Source of the DNA: Haliotis cracherodii
Lineage: Eukaryota
Assembly (NCBI RefSeq): GCF_022045235.1
Contig: NW_027266297.1
Location: 15,376,001-15,440,000, forward strand
Direction: 5' to 3'
Length of the DNA: 64,000 nt
Numbering within the stretch: the first letter of the stretch is position 1; each line of letters opens with the position of its first letter. Shown here piece after piece: positions 25,127-37,671 of this stretch. The notes under the pieces were generated by a model that ran no database searches, was not told the DNA's origin, and saw only the letters and a program-made list of their open reading frames with translations. The position numbers were made by a program, and so were the translations under genes.

Positions 25127-25873
25127 ACTGATCCCGCTTGGCTAGGCCTCGTGCCCTCGCCAAATTGTTTCGAAATTTATATCTCCAAAGTTGCCAAAAC
25201 TTATAAAATGCCTTAGCTACGTCACAGTTAGACACAGATTTTCAGTATATTAGACTGTTCTTTTGATAATGATAGCAATTATCCCTGTAGTTTATCCAGA
25301 TTCCCGATGGTTAATTCTGACTCGATTTACATGGGCGACGCCATGTTTTTTATAAACAGTGAAAGTAGTCCCTACTTGACCTTTGATATTTGCATCTCTA
25401 TCCGCATATAACCCCAACGGATATCGTTTTTATTCGTTGGCCTTATCCTGCCGAGAAACCTACCCATTATATGATAAATGTCAGGATCCGCAGGTCATTG
25501 GTTCGAATCCCAGTTCCGCCTTGATTATGATGCTGGGTTTGCAGCACAACATCCATCGTGGGTGTTTTCACGCACAGAGGTAAAGGTACGCGACCTGCGT
25601 CATTATACGCGCTTTCCTTTTTCAATGCATTTAATGCTTTTATTCAAAATTTTCACAAAACGGCAAGCACATAACGCGCTCGGTTGTCAATGGGGGCAAA
25701 CCCTGCAATTTATAAATTTCTATCGGAGCCTTTCTATCTTGTCTTGCACAACACAACATCCACGTACAGTGAGAAGTGTCGTAAAGTCATTTAGCTACCG
25801 CCCCGACCCAAGCCAACATAACTCCCTGACATGTCACCCGCACAGCGAATACAGGAGTTATCTCCCCTTTAAC

Positions 25874-26149
25874 TATGGAATACCAAGCTCCTCACAGCGA
25901 TAGTACGTTCCCGGAGCTCTCTATACTATATTACCGAGAGTGTAACGAAGGTGTCACGCGCTGGGAAGGAGCTTGTATGGAATACCAAGCTCCTCACAGC
26001 GATAACACGTTCCCACTCGAGAGTGTAACGAAGGTGTCACGCGCTGGGAAGGAGCTTGTATGGAATCCCAAGTTCCTTCCCAGCGCGACACCTTCGTCAC
26101 ACTTTCGGAGAGCTCTGCGAACGTGATATCGCTGTGAGGAGCTTGTATT
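25874..26149. repeat. Foldback repeat: three 80-100-bp units arranged forward-forward-reverse
   Basis: Units start at 25874 and 25976, with an inverted unit at 26069-26149; each is bounded by CAAGCTCCT/AGGAGCTTG. Confidence 0.85.
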
Positions 26150-27074
26150 AAATCCTAGAAGGGCTCGCCCTTACATTATAACACATTTTGCTTCTTTCGT
26201 AAGCGCGACTGTGTCCTTCTAGGATTCCGGATTTCTGTCTACGAGTCGGTTATTGTCATTAAGTATCGAACCCTATTCAGTCACAAAGATGAGATCATCC
26301 GTAATCCCATATGGATTGTCGTTAAACCAAATATTTCAGTATTCTGGTTTTATATGGGTTTTACGCAGACAAAAGGTGCACTAGGCATTTAAAAGCTGTA
26401 GTGTCAGGAAAAATAGACATGCATTTCATCTTCTTGTATTCTTCCAATTTGTTTTGGTATTGTTACTAATATCCTGTCTTCCTTCGTGGTAAAAGCTACA
26501 ACTGAATGTTGAAATCACTTGTCAACGCTCGCCCATGTCCGTAAGCGGCTTGTCCCGGAATAATACGAGTTATCACGAGTGATGCTGGTCTGAGACGCGT
26601 AGCGAATAAACCATTTTCCCGTTGTGAGTTATCTGTCCCTGATAACACATGACCATGGACGACTCCCGTCACCCGTAGGCCCCGACTGGTCGCAAATGTG
26701 TTGGGATTTAATTTAAAGCTTCAAAATGACATACTGACGTTAAAAACAAAACAAAATTACACACTCATATCTTGTTTAAGTAACTGGGTGATGTAATATA
26801 CACATGTTCATTCACATTGCTAATGGCCAGTGATTTATTCAAGATGGTTACCTGAACAACCTTATTGTCTAATCAGCGGGGAGGCGTAATAAACACTAGA
26901 TATATAGGCAGCGTACAAGTGAATCGATAGTTATGGCATTACGTAGGTAGATGCTTGGGATTTTATATGTACAAAAACATAAAACAGACTGAACTCTGAA
27001 GAAATGGTGGTTCAGTCGTCTTAGGCACAGTAATTCGCTATACATGCTATGGACATGCTCGAAACCTAAAATCG

Positions 27075-27270
27075 TGGTTCAAATCTCGTGTGTTTCACCA
27101 AAGTGGTAAAAGTCTTACAAATGCTACTTTGGGGATAACACTTTCTTAGTAACGTAGAGATTCTCGTATTTTGGGGGGTTGTGTCCCGTCCGGGATTCGA
27201 ATCCACACTGCCAGGGGAAGACACCTCATCGCCGGCAAAGTCAGCGAGCCAACCACTCAGCCAGGTGAGA
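27075..27270 (-). mobile_element. Possible further tRNA-headed SINE relic
   Basis: Minus-strand TGGCTGAGTGG (A box-like) and GATTCGAATCC (B box-like); the segment TTCACCAAAGTGGTAAA recurs near 46110. Confidence 0.4.
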
Positions 27271-29119
27271 CTTCCGCAAAAATGAAAATCCGACAACTAC
27301 ATCAAAGTCTAGATCGCGTACTTTGTGTACCCTTCTGACAAGTGTAAATTGGCGTCTAATACATGCATCACTTTAATACCTGCTTTACCAACACCTCACG
27401 TCAAGAAGACGCACCCTGATTCGACTGAAATACTGTATAAAGCGGCGTTAAAAATCCTTCACTCCATACGCCATGTGCAACAACTGCAACCCAAATCCTT
27501 TTTTCATTCCGGTTGACTAATCTGTCAATCAATCTTAAATGTTAATATAATTGACATGTATTTCTTGAACATTAACCCGTTAACACTTTAACACGCTCTT
27601 CTTCTTTTTTTGATTGAACATCGTCAATATCGATCGATTTAAGACGTTGAGGGCGCAGTGCAATGACGTAATTATTGATTATGGCCTTATTATTTTTCTT
27701 TAAACATGCTTGATATTTACATAAACTCGATAATTCTGAGTAGTTTGCGGTCATCTATAATATAAAATTGTGTTTACCATTTAATGCTTTGAAATGTCGC
27801 CATCAGCCTTACACGTCTAATAAAAACGACCTTGTCAAGACACTAATTTGTTTATATAGAGGATTGCGGCTCCGTTTCATGTGTCTGCAAACAAAAGCTC
27901 AACTCGTCTGTTTTTTTACAACGGTCATTGATTATTCCCAGGTGCAGTAGCACTCAGCCCGATGTCACAGTGTACTAATTGACATTAAACAAGATAATCC
28001 TATTATAAATGTTAAACCGTAATTAATATACGCTTGTTGTCAATGTATTGTTGTTTCTATTGTTCATACACTGGGGAACCGTGGCATGAGATGTTAATTC
28101 CAATGTCTAAGTAATTAAACAGTCCGTATACCCAGTGAAGCATGACAATGTCCCGCTTCGTGAAGCATGCTGATAGACAATGGGCAGGAGTGAAAGATAT
28201 CTGCAGGGTTTGTAAGACAATGAATGATTAGAGAGCTGGATCTTAAGGTTTGTATGTTAACGTCGCAGTCTGCAATATCCTAGCTACATTGCCGGCAGCC
28301 TGTAAATAATTGAGTCTGGACCAGTCGTCATGGCTGATTCAGCATTAGCTTGAAGCGCTCGTTAAATCTTCAACAGTCAGAAAAGTGTTGTTGTACGCCA
28401 ATCAACAATTTTAATGAAAATAACGAGTGCTTGCAAATAATTGAGCCTCGGTCTTTAAACAAGTAGTTGATATTATGAGCAAAACACACTTGATATCTGT
28501 ATACCATGACACGTATTGAGTCGGAACACGTATGGTGATCATGAGAATCTCATCTGAGCCGGTTCTTACGAAACACATGGGATGCAACGGATCTATTCTG
28601 TCACCGCACTCTTAAGAGGTCCGGTGCATCGCAAGGTCCAGAGAAATAAGTGGGATGATTATTTTTCTATATTTCAGGGATGCCTTTCGGTATTTACCGA
28701 CGGTACTGAAACTACAAATATAAACTACATTCATCTATCAAGGTTCGTTTAGTGTAATAGACAGATGAATGGTTATATAAATGGATCTGTACATATGGTA
28801 CCAGGGAGAGCTAGTCCGATTCCAACAACAAAATATGATACACATGTAAGAAATGATATACTTAATTTCGTAAATTATCAATAAAGAGAGAGGAATGTTG
28901 GAGATTTTAAGCGCGCTTCCAACACAGCTAATGTCTTACCAGGCATGTAAACTCGTGCAAAAGAAAGTATACACACGTTTGATTGTGCTAAAAGTGAAAC
29001 AAACAAGAAATGGTTATTAGATGTTGCTTTATATTACATCATAGTTGTGTTTTAGACCTTAAGTTTGCAGCGTTTCAACTGTATGCTTTCTTCAGTTTTT
29101 ACCAGTGTCAATCGCTTTA

Positions 29120-29380
29120 GACCCGTGAAGATCCGAGGTAGAATAGGTCTTCAGCAACCCATGCTTTCCGTAAAAGGCGACTATGCTTGTCGTAAAAGGC
29201 GACTAACGGGATCGGTTGGTCAGGCTCGCTGACTTGGTTGATGCATGTCATCGATCTCAATTGCGTGGATCGATGCTCATGATATCAATCACTGGATTGT
29301 CTGGTCCAGACTCGATTATTTATAGACCGCCGTCATGTAGCTGGAATATTGCTGAGTGTTAAACAACAAACCAACCAACC
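29120..29380 (+). mobile_element. SINE family A, full length
   Basis: TSD AATCGC(T/C)TTA; (AACC)n tail. Confidence 0.9.
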
Positions 29381-29764
29381 AATCGCCTTATCTTCAAACC
29401 AAGACTCGGGGGCACGTTGGGCACGGGTGGCTCGACAAACAGACACCAGAAAGACACAGGTTTTAAGCTGCGCGCGTTGTACTTTCAGAGACTGGTAATT
29501 CCAAACCCCGTTCACTTATTAAGTAAGCTTGGTGTTAGAGTATATACGACGCGGTCACAGTGTAGATACCACACCCGAGTATGTTTTCACACTTAAACAC
29601 TGGTAATGACAGTCTTATCAGGGGCCAATTAACACCGATTCTACAGGTAACAGCTAGGTTAACGCGGAACGCAAACATATCGATTCACAGACAAGAACGC
29701 ACCACTAACCCGTAGGTTTACACAATGAAGAGTTCACAGACATGCAGATGTAGGAGAGGACATG

Positions 29765-30280
29765 CACATGACAAAATATTGTATCAAAATAGGTTGGTTC
29801 AATGCCAAATTTACAATATAAAATAGTTACTACTGCTATATCCATAGGAGTGTAAGACTGACGTCGATTTAGTCGAATACTTTCATGTAAGTAACTTCGT
29901 CATATCCAGTGATGAATAATGTGTAAACGGAGTACGTTACTATGGTTACAGATACATGACAACGTATTTTAACAAAATATGTTGGTTACATGAGAAATTC
30001 ACAATTTGTGTACAAAATATTTTCTACCATTCCTATACTTAGCAGTGTAAGGTTGACATCGGTATAGACGATTACTTTCATGTAATTGACTTTGTCATAT
30101 CCAGTCATAAATACTAATGCGTCACGGAGTACGTTGCTGTGGTTACAGGTACGACAAGGTAATTTATCCAAATAGGTTCGTTATGCACATAAACGGCATT
30201 TACTACCACTACTGTATGTGAGTTAAATGATGGATATCATCAGCTTCGACCACTTTGTGTAAATGACTTCGTCATATCCG
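29765..30280. repeat. Degenerate tandem repeat, about 190-bp period, about 3 copies
   Basis: GACAA...AAATAGGTTGGTT and ACTT(C/T)GTCATATCC motifs recur at about 190-bp spacing. Confidence 0.6.
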
Positions 30281-30359
30281 TTTATTGACCACACTGTTCC
30301 AAGAACCTGTTCATGAATGGTTTGTCAAACCAACATGTAAACGGTAACTTAATGCAATT

Positions 30360-30660
30360 TCCACGTGAACATTACATATTTACATCATGTGAAACTAACA
30401 AGTGAACTACATACTACATGTACAAGTGAACATGATATATTTACATCATGTCACACTTGCATGTACACGTGAATATAACATATTTACATCATGTCACATT
30501 TGCATGTACACGTGAACATAACATTTTTACATCTTGCGAAACTGACATGTACACGTGAACATAACATATTTACATCATGTGAAACTAACATGTACACGGA
30601 AAATATATTTATATCGTGACAAAACCACTTTTACAAGTGAACCTAACACATTTACATAAT
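30360..30660. repeat. About 43-bp minisatellite (CACGTGAACATAACATATTTACATCATGT...)
   Basis: Recurring GTGAACAT..CATATTTACATC units. Confidence 0.8.
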
Positions 30661-32461
30661 GTCAAGTGTTTTAAACAATATTTTAATTTTTTTTAAATTT
30701 GAAATTGGATTGGTCAAAGGTCACATTATTGTAGGTTTTCTATTATTATGGAGAGGTTTCAACATAGGTACAGTGTGTTTGTTCCAATTTCATGTAAACT
30801 GTGTCAATAAAATATGTTTTAAACACATACAAATGTTTGCATCAAAAGTCTTTTGAAACTAATTAAATTATTCGGTCTGTTACACTATTAGAATGAATTT
30901 GTTAGTTATTTTTATCCGATTTTCAGTAAACACGATTACAAAATTTGTCTTCGTGAAGCTCTGTGAAGACGTAATTCGCAAGTTCGTTGAATGTCATGGT
31001 ACAGCATGGCCACTGTAGTTTAAATTATAAGATTTACATAACAAACGGACAAGTATGTCTACATCACTAATCATTATCAACAATATTATTCATTTTTGTG
31101 GATGATTTAAATTCCTGAAAATATACATCAACATATATGTACCAAAAATACTTATTGTAAACACACCGCCCAGTGTTATGTAAAACTGTGTCATATATTG
31201 TTTATAGGCGTAGACACGTTTTGAAATAGTTTTCATTTCTCTTCTTTGTCCAAACTGGAAATAACCTGGTTGCGAAATAGATTGAGATCATCATTGAACA
31301 CGCAAACACCATGCAACAGAGGCGCGCCTCTGTGATCGACCGTGTGTCACTTTAACTCTCCCCCCAAATGTTCACGAAGTTAGCCCGGTGGTGAATCATT
31401 ACTGTACTTTTAACATAGGAAGCAAGCGACGTAGCTATTGAGAGGATTGTGAAGTATGTCTGTGCGTGGTTCCTGTATCTGCGTCATAAGATTTGCGATA
31501 TGACCTCTGACCTAGAAAACCACATGACGATTACGCATCGCCAGATTTAGACAAACACGTGGGTATTGTGTGTGCGAGTGCTCGACAAGGTAACCGCTGA
31601 AACCATTTAACTTAAAAAGGATGCTTTTAAGATGTCTTATTCTTTCTTTGTTGTATCATTTAATGGAAAGCAACAACGGGTTCATAAATTCTCTTGTTAA
31701 TATTTAAATAATTAATAATATGATAAATATGATATTAAATTTGATATGTTGTGTGGCGAATTGAATAGATAGACGTGGTAATATTTCTCAGTAAAGCGTT
31801 AAATCCGAAATCGCCAATAGATGCTATATATTTTGTCTACACTATATATGATTTGGGTTTCACATAGTTATAGTTGAGAGAGATGTATAATCAAGTGATT
31901 GAAGCAGGATATATCATCGGAACTCACGCCTGTCAAAGTACGTGCGTATAACCATGTTGCGTGTAGGGCCATGCGTTTATTTTTCTAAAACAATACTAAA
32001 ATAAACATAAAGAGAACGTAATGTAATTGATGCTTTTAACGACCGGTATATGGTCCCTGGTCTGAGAAAGAAGAAATGTCAGCAGTTCTCATAGCAAAAT
32101 AATGAAAAGAAGGCGATATAACGTAGTCTGAAAACGTCATACATGAAAATTGGATTCTTCAAATTGTATAAAAAATTAAAAAATATATCATTTTCCTCAC
32201 GAACAGGAAATCAAACCAGCAAATGTCCGGAGACACCGACAGGATAAGATAAAAACACGTTTCACATGTTGCGGCATTTGTTTTCATGTTCCGCATCCGC
32301 AACATATTTTGCAAGGGATGAAGCATATTTGTTTTTACTTTAATCACACAAATGATATTGTTTAACAGACATGCTGAGGTTCGTTGCTGTTGGCGATAAT
32401 TCAAATTGGTTGACCGTTGCTACAAACAACCTGCGACTTAGCTGAAATAGGTCAGGGGTCA

Positions 32462-32536
32462 GGCGGAAGTTATCTCATCCTCCTCAGCGAGAGCATTGTG
32501 GGAAAGCGCGGCTGCTCCATTTGGAGTAAAATGGCA
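32462..32536 (+). promoter_or_regulatory. Putative UGCG proximal promoter/5'UTR with ETS-like GCGGAAGT and YY1-like AAAATGGC overlapping the start
   Basis: Motifs read directly in a locally CpG-richer patch. Confidence 0.35.
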
Positions 32537-32628
32537 CCGGTAGACTACACGATATGTGGATTAGCTGTAGTTATTTTCGCTAGTTGGTGCATAAATTGGC
32601 TTCTACATATATTTGCAATCGTATATGG
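32531..32628 (+). CDS. UGCG: Ceramide glucosyltransferase exon 1: MAPVDYTICGLAVVIFASWCINWLLHIFAIVYG (N-terminal TM anchor)
   Basis: ATG in aaaATGG context; hydrophobic helix ending in WLLH..AI.Y typical of UGCG; GG/gtaagt donor; 98 nt, phase 2. Confidence 0.93.
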
Positions 32629-35600
32629 GTAAGTTTTCAACATTTATTTCATTTCCCTTTTGTGATCGCCTTTATTTAACGATTTAACTGACCGAATACA
32701 CGTTTGACAGTTGCAAATAACTTCACTCACGCCTTTTGCTCGCATTGCTGACGAGTTCGTATGTTTGTCGAACGATCTTGTCTTTTCTGTGGAATCTCAT
32801 CATACTATAGTCTTTTGAATAAGTTTTAAAGATAATTTTCATTCATTTTCTGTCGTTTACAATTTGTGTTAATGTGTTTGGTTGTTTTCTCCATTAAATC
32901 ATCATACTGATTATGTTGACACGGAAAGTGGGCAGGGCAGGGTTTGGCACGCCGGTAGAGCCAAGTTACTACGAGTTGTTTTCATCGGTTGATTTAGGTG
33001 GATTTACGCTAAGCGCCTCAGAAAGTACTAGCAGCTTGTTCGAAAAAATCGCATTAGGGGATTAACTTGTTCTTGACTACAGTACAACGTATCCCGTCAT
33101 TATTATCACTATAGTAACTAAAACAAGGAATGAATTTGTATTGATTTATCAATAAATTTAAAAATATGTTGTACATTTTTTATCTAGGCTGGTTAAATAA
33201 ATCTTCATCATTATCATTATATTAATGAGGACTTGCACCTCGTTTAAAGAGGGTAATGCTGATATGGATTTCTTAATTAATTAATTATTTAATTAGTGAT
33301 AGATTAATTGTTTCAGAGTTCATTTTTTGTTTGAAACATAAATACATGTTACTTATGTATGGATGTAGATTGGCACAAGTGTAGAAATTAACTGTACTTG
33401 AAAAGTAAAACTGTTAACTGTGCTAGAATGTAAGATCAATATGTTATTTTGGATATTAAAAACACACACCACAAACACACTCACAACGTTATGGTAAATA
33501 ATGTATTTTAATTTTGTTGATGTTACAAAGTAGCAATAACTAATCATGGTTATTAGCTTTCAGTTTTTAAAAAATAATTAAATATCATAATATAATAATA
33601 AATAAAACAATAGTTTAAAAGAAACATAATTATTCTCAATTGAACAAGTGACTAAGTGTCATAAAAGATTTAATTAATCATTTCCCTATTTTCAGTAAGC
33701 ATGGTAAGCTCAGCATGACAAAGATTTTTCACGCTATGTTTTATGTACAAGTTTTATTTAGAATCCATACATTGCTTTTGAAGAACTGTTTGTTGCAGAG
33801 ATACTCTTGTGTTTGTTAGTTTAAGCTGAGGAGTGTCACATGTGGTTATCCCAGCATGGAACGCCCTTGAAATGTACACAGATAACTTGTTAGATTGACA
33901 TAACCCCAGGAACTTCAGCTATTTTATCATCATGGATATTTTAATCTACTTACTAACACTACCCAGCTGTTCAACATGAAATAGCATAGGCCAGATATTA
34001 CCATAACTACTTCTAGTTTGTGTAAGGCAATACTTTTATTTTTTGTTTTTGCGCTGAAATGTGGTTTAAAGATTGTGTATAACTATCGATGAAAAGAAAT
34101 ATTTCTTCAATATGATTTGTAATTCAGGAGTACATGTTGTCATTGTAGTTGTCATTACCTGTTTTGTATTTGGTAGCTATTTCCTAACTCAGCATATTTT
34201 GTCAGATTAGTTGGGTCAGGGAGTCCAGGTGACAGGGGAATAAAATATAAAAATTGGAATATTAGAAGTCAATGATGTGTAACCATATTAACAGCAAAAT
34301 AATAGCATCAAAAATACTTATTTTGTGAAATAAACACTCATCTTCCCGAGTCAAGGCAGTTAACTGACTATAAAAGTCCAGTTTCCACCCTTGTAGAACT
34401 GGGCTGGAATTCCGGAGTTACAGTTTGGCTGGACTAATGAGTCTTTGCATAGTCCAATCAAAATCATGTTATGAACTAGACATCCGGTTCATAAACAAAA
34501 TGGGTTTGTGTGTGCAGATGTCTGTCGACTGAAGGATTTGCAAAGTATGTGTACCGTCAACTGGGTGTCAACAGACATTTTCCAAATCTTTTCATGTTTT
34601 AAATCAAGGTGCTCAAGTGATTAGATGCGCTTCATAGGGTAAGATCGGTTTTGTTACAGTGTAGGTCTTAATTATCGATTAGATCTTGCCTTGGCACTGC
34701 CATTTTGTTTGAAGCAAATGCAAGCCTTAAGAGCGATGGAATCTTATTGGTCAATATAGGAGGGACACAGAAGGGACATAACTCGTAATAGCCACTGCTG
34801 GCGCTGCGTTCGAGTCTGGAAATTCCAGCCTTGTTAGGCAAGGGTGGAAATTGGACTTTCATAGTATCTAGCATTCGAAAGTAGAGATAAAAAGCAATGT
34901 GTAGTTGTAAAAGTGTAAACTTGGGTGGCCTTTTTAGTAGCCCAAGCAAAGAACATTATTACAATGTATTATTATGTTTATAATTATAAATGTATATAGT
35001 GTTCAAAATTAAACTTAAATGTCCAGGTGTCTTTGTCATGGCTCCAATGTGAAAAGGTAAAGATTAAAGGGGTCCCAAGATCAAATAAGTGAAACTCAAA
35101 GACCCCAGGATTCCCCTTAATTTTGATCACTGTGTATCATTGCACGTAGTATCGTGATGCACCAATGCTTCAGTGAATTGTTAAAGGCAAACTGATCAAG
35201 GGCGATGCTGCTTAATTTCATTGTCTGTGTTGATGGTGTGTGTATGTTCAATAGCCCATAATGACTAGTGCCGTACTATTAGAGTGCAGTGATCCCCGTT
35301 ATTACCTGTCTCGCTCTTGATTACAGAGCACACTTCCTGATGGAAACTCATTTACCAATGGAATTTATAGATTTTCACATCTGCAGAGTAGAGAAACATT
35401 GCTGATAAATACAGACAATTCCATTCTTCAACTTCTCAGATAAATAGAAACGATTTCATTATCTAGGTCGCTGCTCTCGAAGACGGACATGTGAAAATGG
35501 TTTCATTGTAATTGACAGGATTAAGAAGCTAAAGGCAACTTAAGTATTATTCTTGTTTGTGAGTTGTGTTAATCCAGCTCAATTTTCATAATTGTATTTT

Positions 35601-36864
35601 GAAGAAACCTTTGCTTTTGGGCAATAGCCTCATAGATTAAACTACTCAAAAAGAAGTTAAGAACACTCAATCTTTCATATGACTGTCATTTATCTGTTCC
35701 ATATAAATAGCAGTAGTCTACAGAATTGTTTTCTGTCAAAGTTGCAAAATAAACAGACTTCGGGTATATGTAGAGCATACTTGCAGTGGTTACAACTTGT
35801 TTAAACTAGTATTGATGTTTACCTGCTTGCACGATCAACCTCAATTAAGTTTGTAAGTAAATCACATTAAGTGTATAAAGTTTGACCGGCCTTGAGGTTT
35901 ACTTGGGTATAATGAGCATTGAATAATTCTGCTAGAGGCATGTATCAGCTGATTAAGATCTATGGCTATCTGGTGCTAGTAGTAATACTAGTATACGAGG
36001 TGATTGATCACTGATCAGATTTTGTGAGGCTCTTATTGTCCCATGCAAATCCTAAAGTCATTGCCTGTAGATCTAGGGTACAATGACCAAACTGTTAGCT
36101 ATGCCATAGCCTGATACTATGTCTAGTTTAGGTTGGTTGACATTTTCCTGCAGTAATTATGTCATGTCATGTCATGTCATATCAATAGAAGGAATGAGAC
36201 TGCTGTGGGGCGTAACACCTCCTATGTTTACGTTTCATGGTTTTGCACTTTTGTATAACAAAAGACACTGTTAGAAAATATATCCAAAAACATAATGCGT
36301 GTTTTTTCTGTTGTTCTGACTGAATTAAGTCATAGCTGTATCATAAGTATGTTAATTTGATAGTCGTACTGTGTTTATTTTTCAAAGAAAACAAAGTAAG
36401 AAGAAAAACGACCTACCTACCCTATTGTTTGTTTGTTTGTTTTTATGTTTGTTTGTTGTTGAACGCCAAACTCAACATTATTCCTTCAATATGATACAAG
36501 ATACACATGGACCTGTATCACCATACATGACGATACAAAATACTCTCTTTTACATACTTAATAAAAGAATAACCTGAAACGTGAACTTGAAAGGTGTCTG
36601 ACAAATCAGCTGATTGGGATCATTTGGGTTACTTTTTGAGTACATAGAAAAAATGGAGTCTAATGCTGTTGTTTCTCTCATCTGACATCCACAAGTATTT
36701 CAGTTCATAATTTTTGTGTTGAAATTCTGATGTACTGAGATATGTGTTGTATCATATCTAGTGTGTTGTGATCTTTATCATATCGTGATCTTCCGTATCG
36801 GAAGGCCATAATACATGATCAGTATGTATCATGTTGTCACACTGTAGCAACTTCAGAATTGCAT

Positions 36865-37030
36865 GGGCTGTCGGGTAGACAAGCAGTTAAAGCATTCGCT
36901 CGTCACGCCAAAGACCTAGGTTTGATTCCCGACATTGGTACAATGTGTGATGTCAATTTCTGGTGTCCCGCCATGATATTGCTGGAATATTACCAAACCA
37001 CAAAACGGTGTAAAAAACATACTCACTCAT
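36865..37030 (+). mobile_element. SINE family B, diverged
   Basis: Same head, body and tail; flanked by TTCAGAATTGCAT repeats. Confidence 0.8.
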
Positions 37031-37532
37031 TCAGAATTGCATTGTTACAGCTCAATGATATGTCTCAGACATACTTCACTGGTTCAGACCGATAATGTTT
37101 AGGACACGTTTTTTTATTTCGCACTCAAAATACATGTACAGAAAACTATGTGGAAACATGTGTAGAGGTTTGTTAACCTTGAGAAAAGTTTAACTATTGA
37201 GCATTATGGCTGAGTATTGTGCCTATACTTTGCACTGGTCAGATAACGGTTCAATGCCCTTTGTGTGTGATCAAGCCTAGATCAGTCCGTACCTTCATGA
37301 GAGGTTTATGAATACAAGTCCTGTGTTTTTGACCTTGGGGCATAACATAATCCATCTATATTCTGTAACGTTACATCGGATTATTACATGTGAACATTGT
37401 AGCCATCATTTTGTTTTCATCTCGTTTCATCAATGAAAACTATACCCTGCAGCATATGATAATGTGTGATTGTAAAGTTGGAGTTTCTTTATTATGAAGT
37501 GTATGAATGACCCTTTTTCTTTTGTATTTCAG

Positions 37533-37671
37533 AAAATGGAGGTTATCTCACAAGCTTCCCCCGTATGTAGCAGAAGAGCTTCCAGCAGTATCAATTTTAA
37601 AACCTTTAGTTGGAGTAGATCCACATTTATATGAAAATCTAGAAACATTTTTCAAGATGAAATATCCCCAG
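37533..37671 (+). CDS. UGCG: UGCG exon 2: [46 protein letters not shown]
   Basis: Hallmark LP.VSILKPL.GVDP.L..NLETFF...YP motif of GT21 glucosylceramide synthases; tttcag acceptor, gtaagt donor; phase fits exon 1. Confidence 0.97.

Larger units (their letters stand above)
23137..25478. mobile_element. Hairpin-terminated, TSD-less non-autonomous element (Crypton-like by inference), interrupted by the TIR element
   Basis: 152-bp palindrome at 23136-23287 is followed by TTTATCATATAATG (23287-23300), whose exact reverse complement ends the element at 25465-25478; removing the element restores TGACATATGTCA. Confidence 0.7.
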
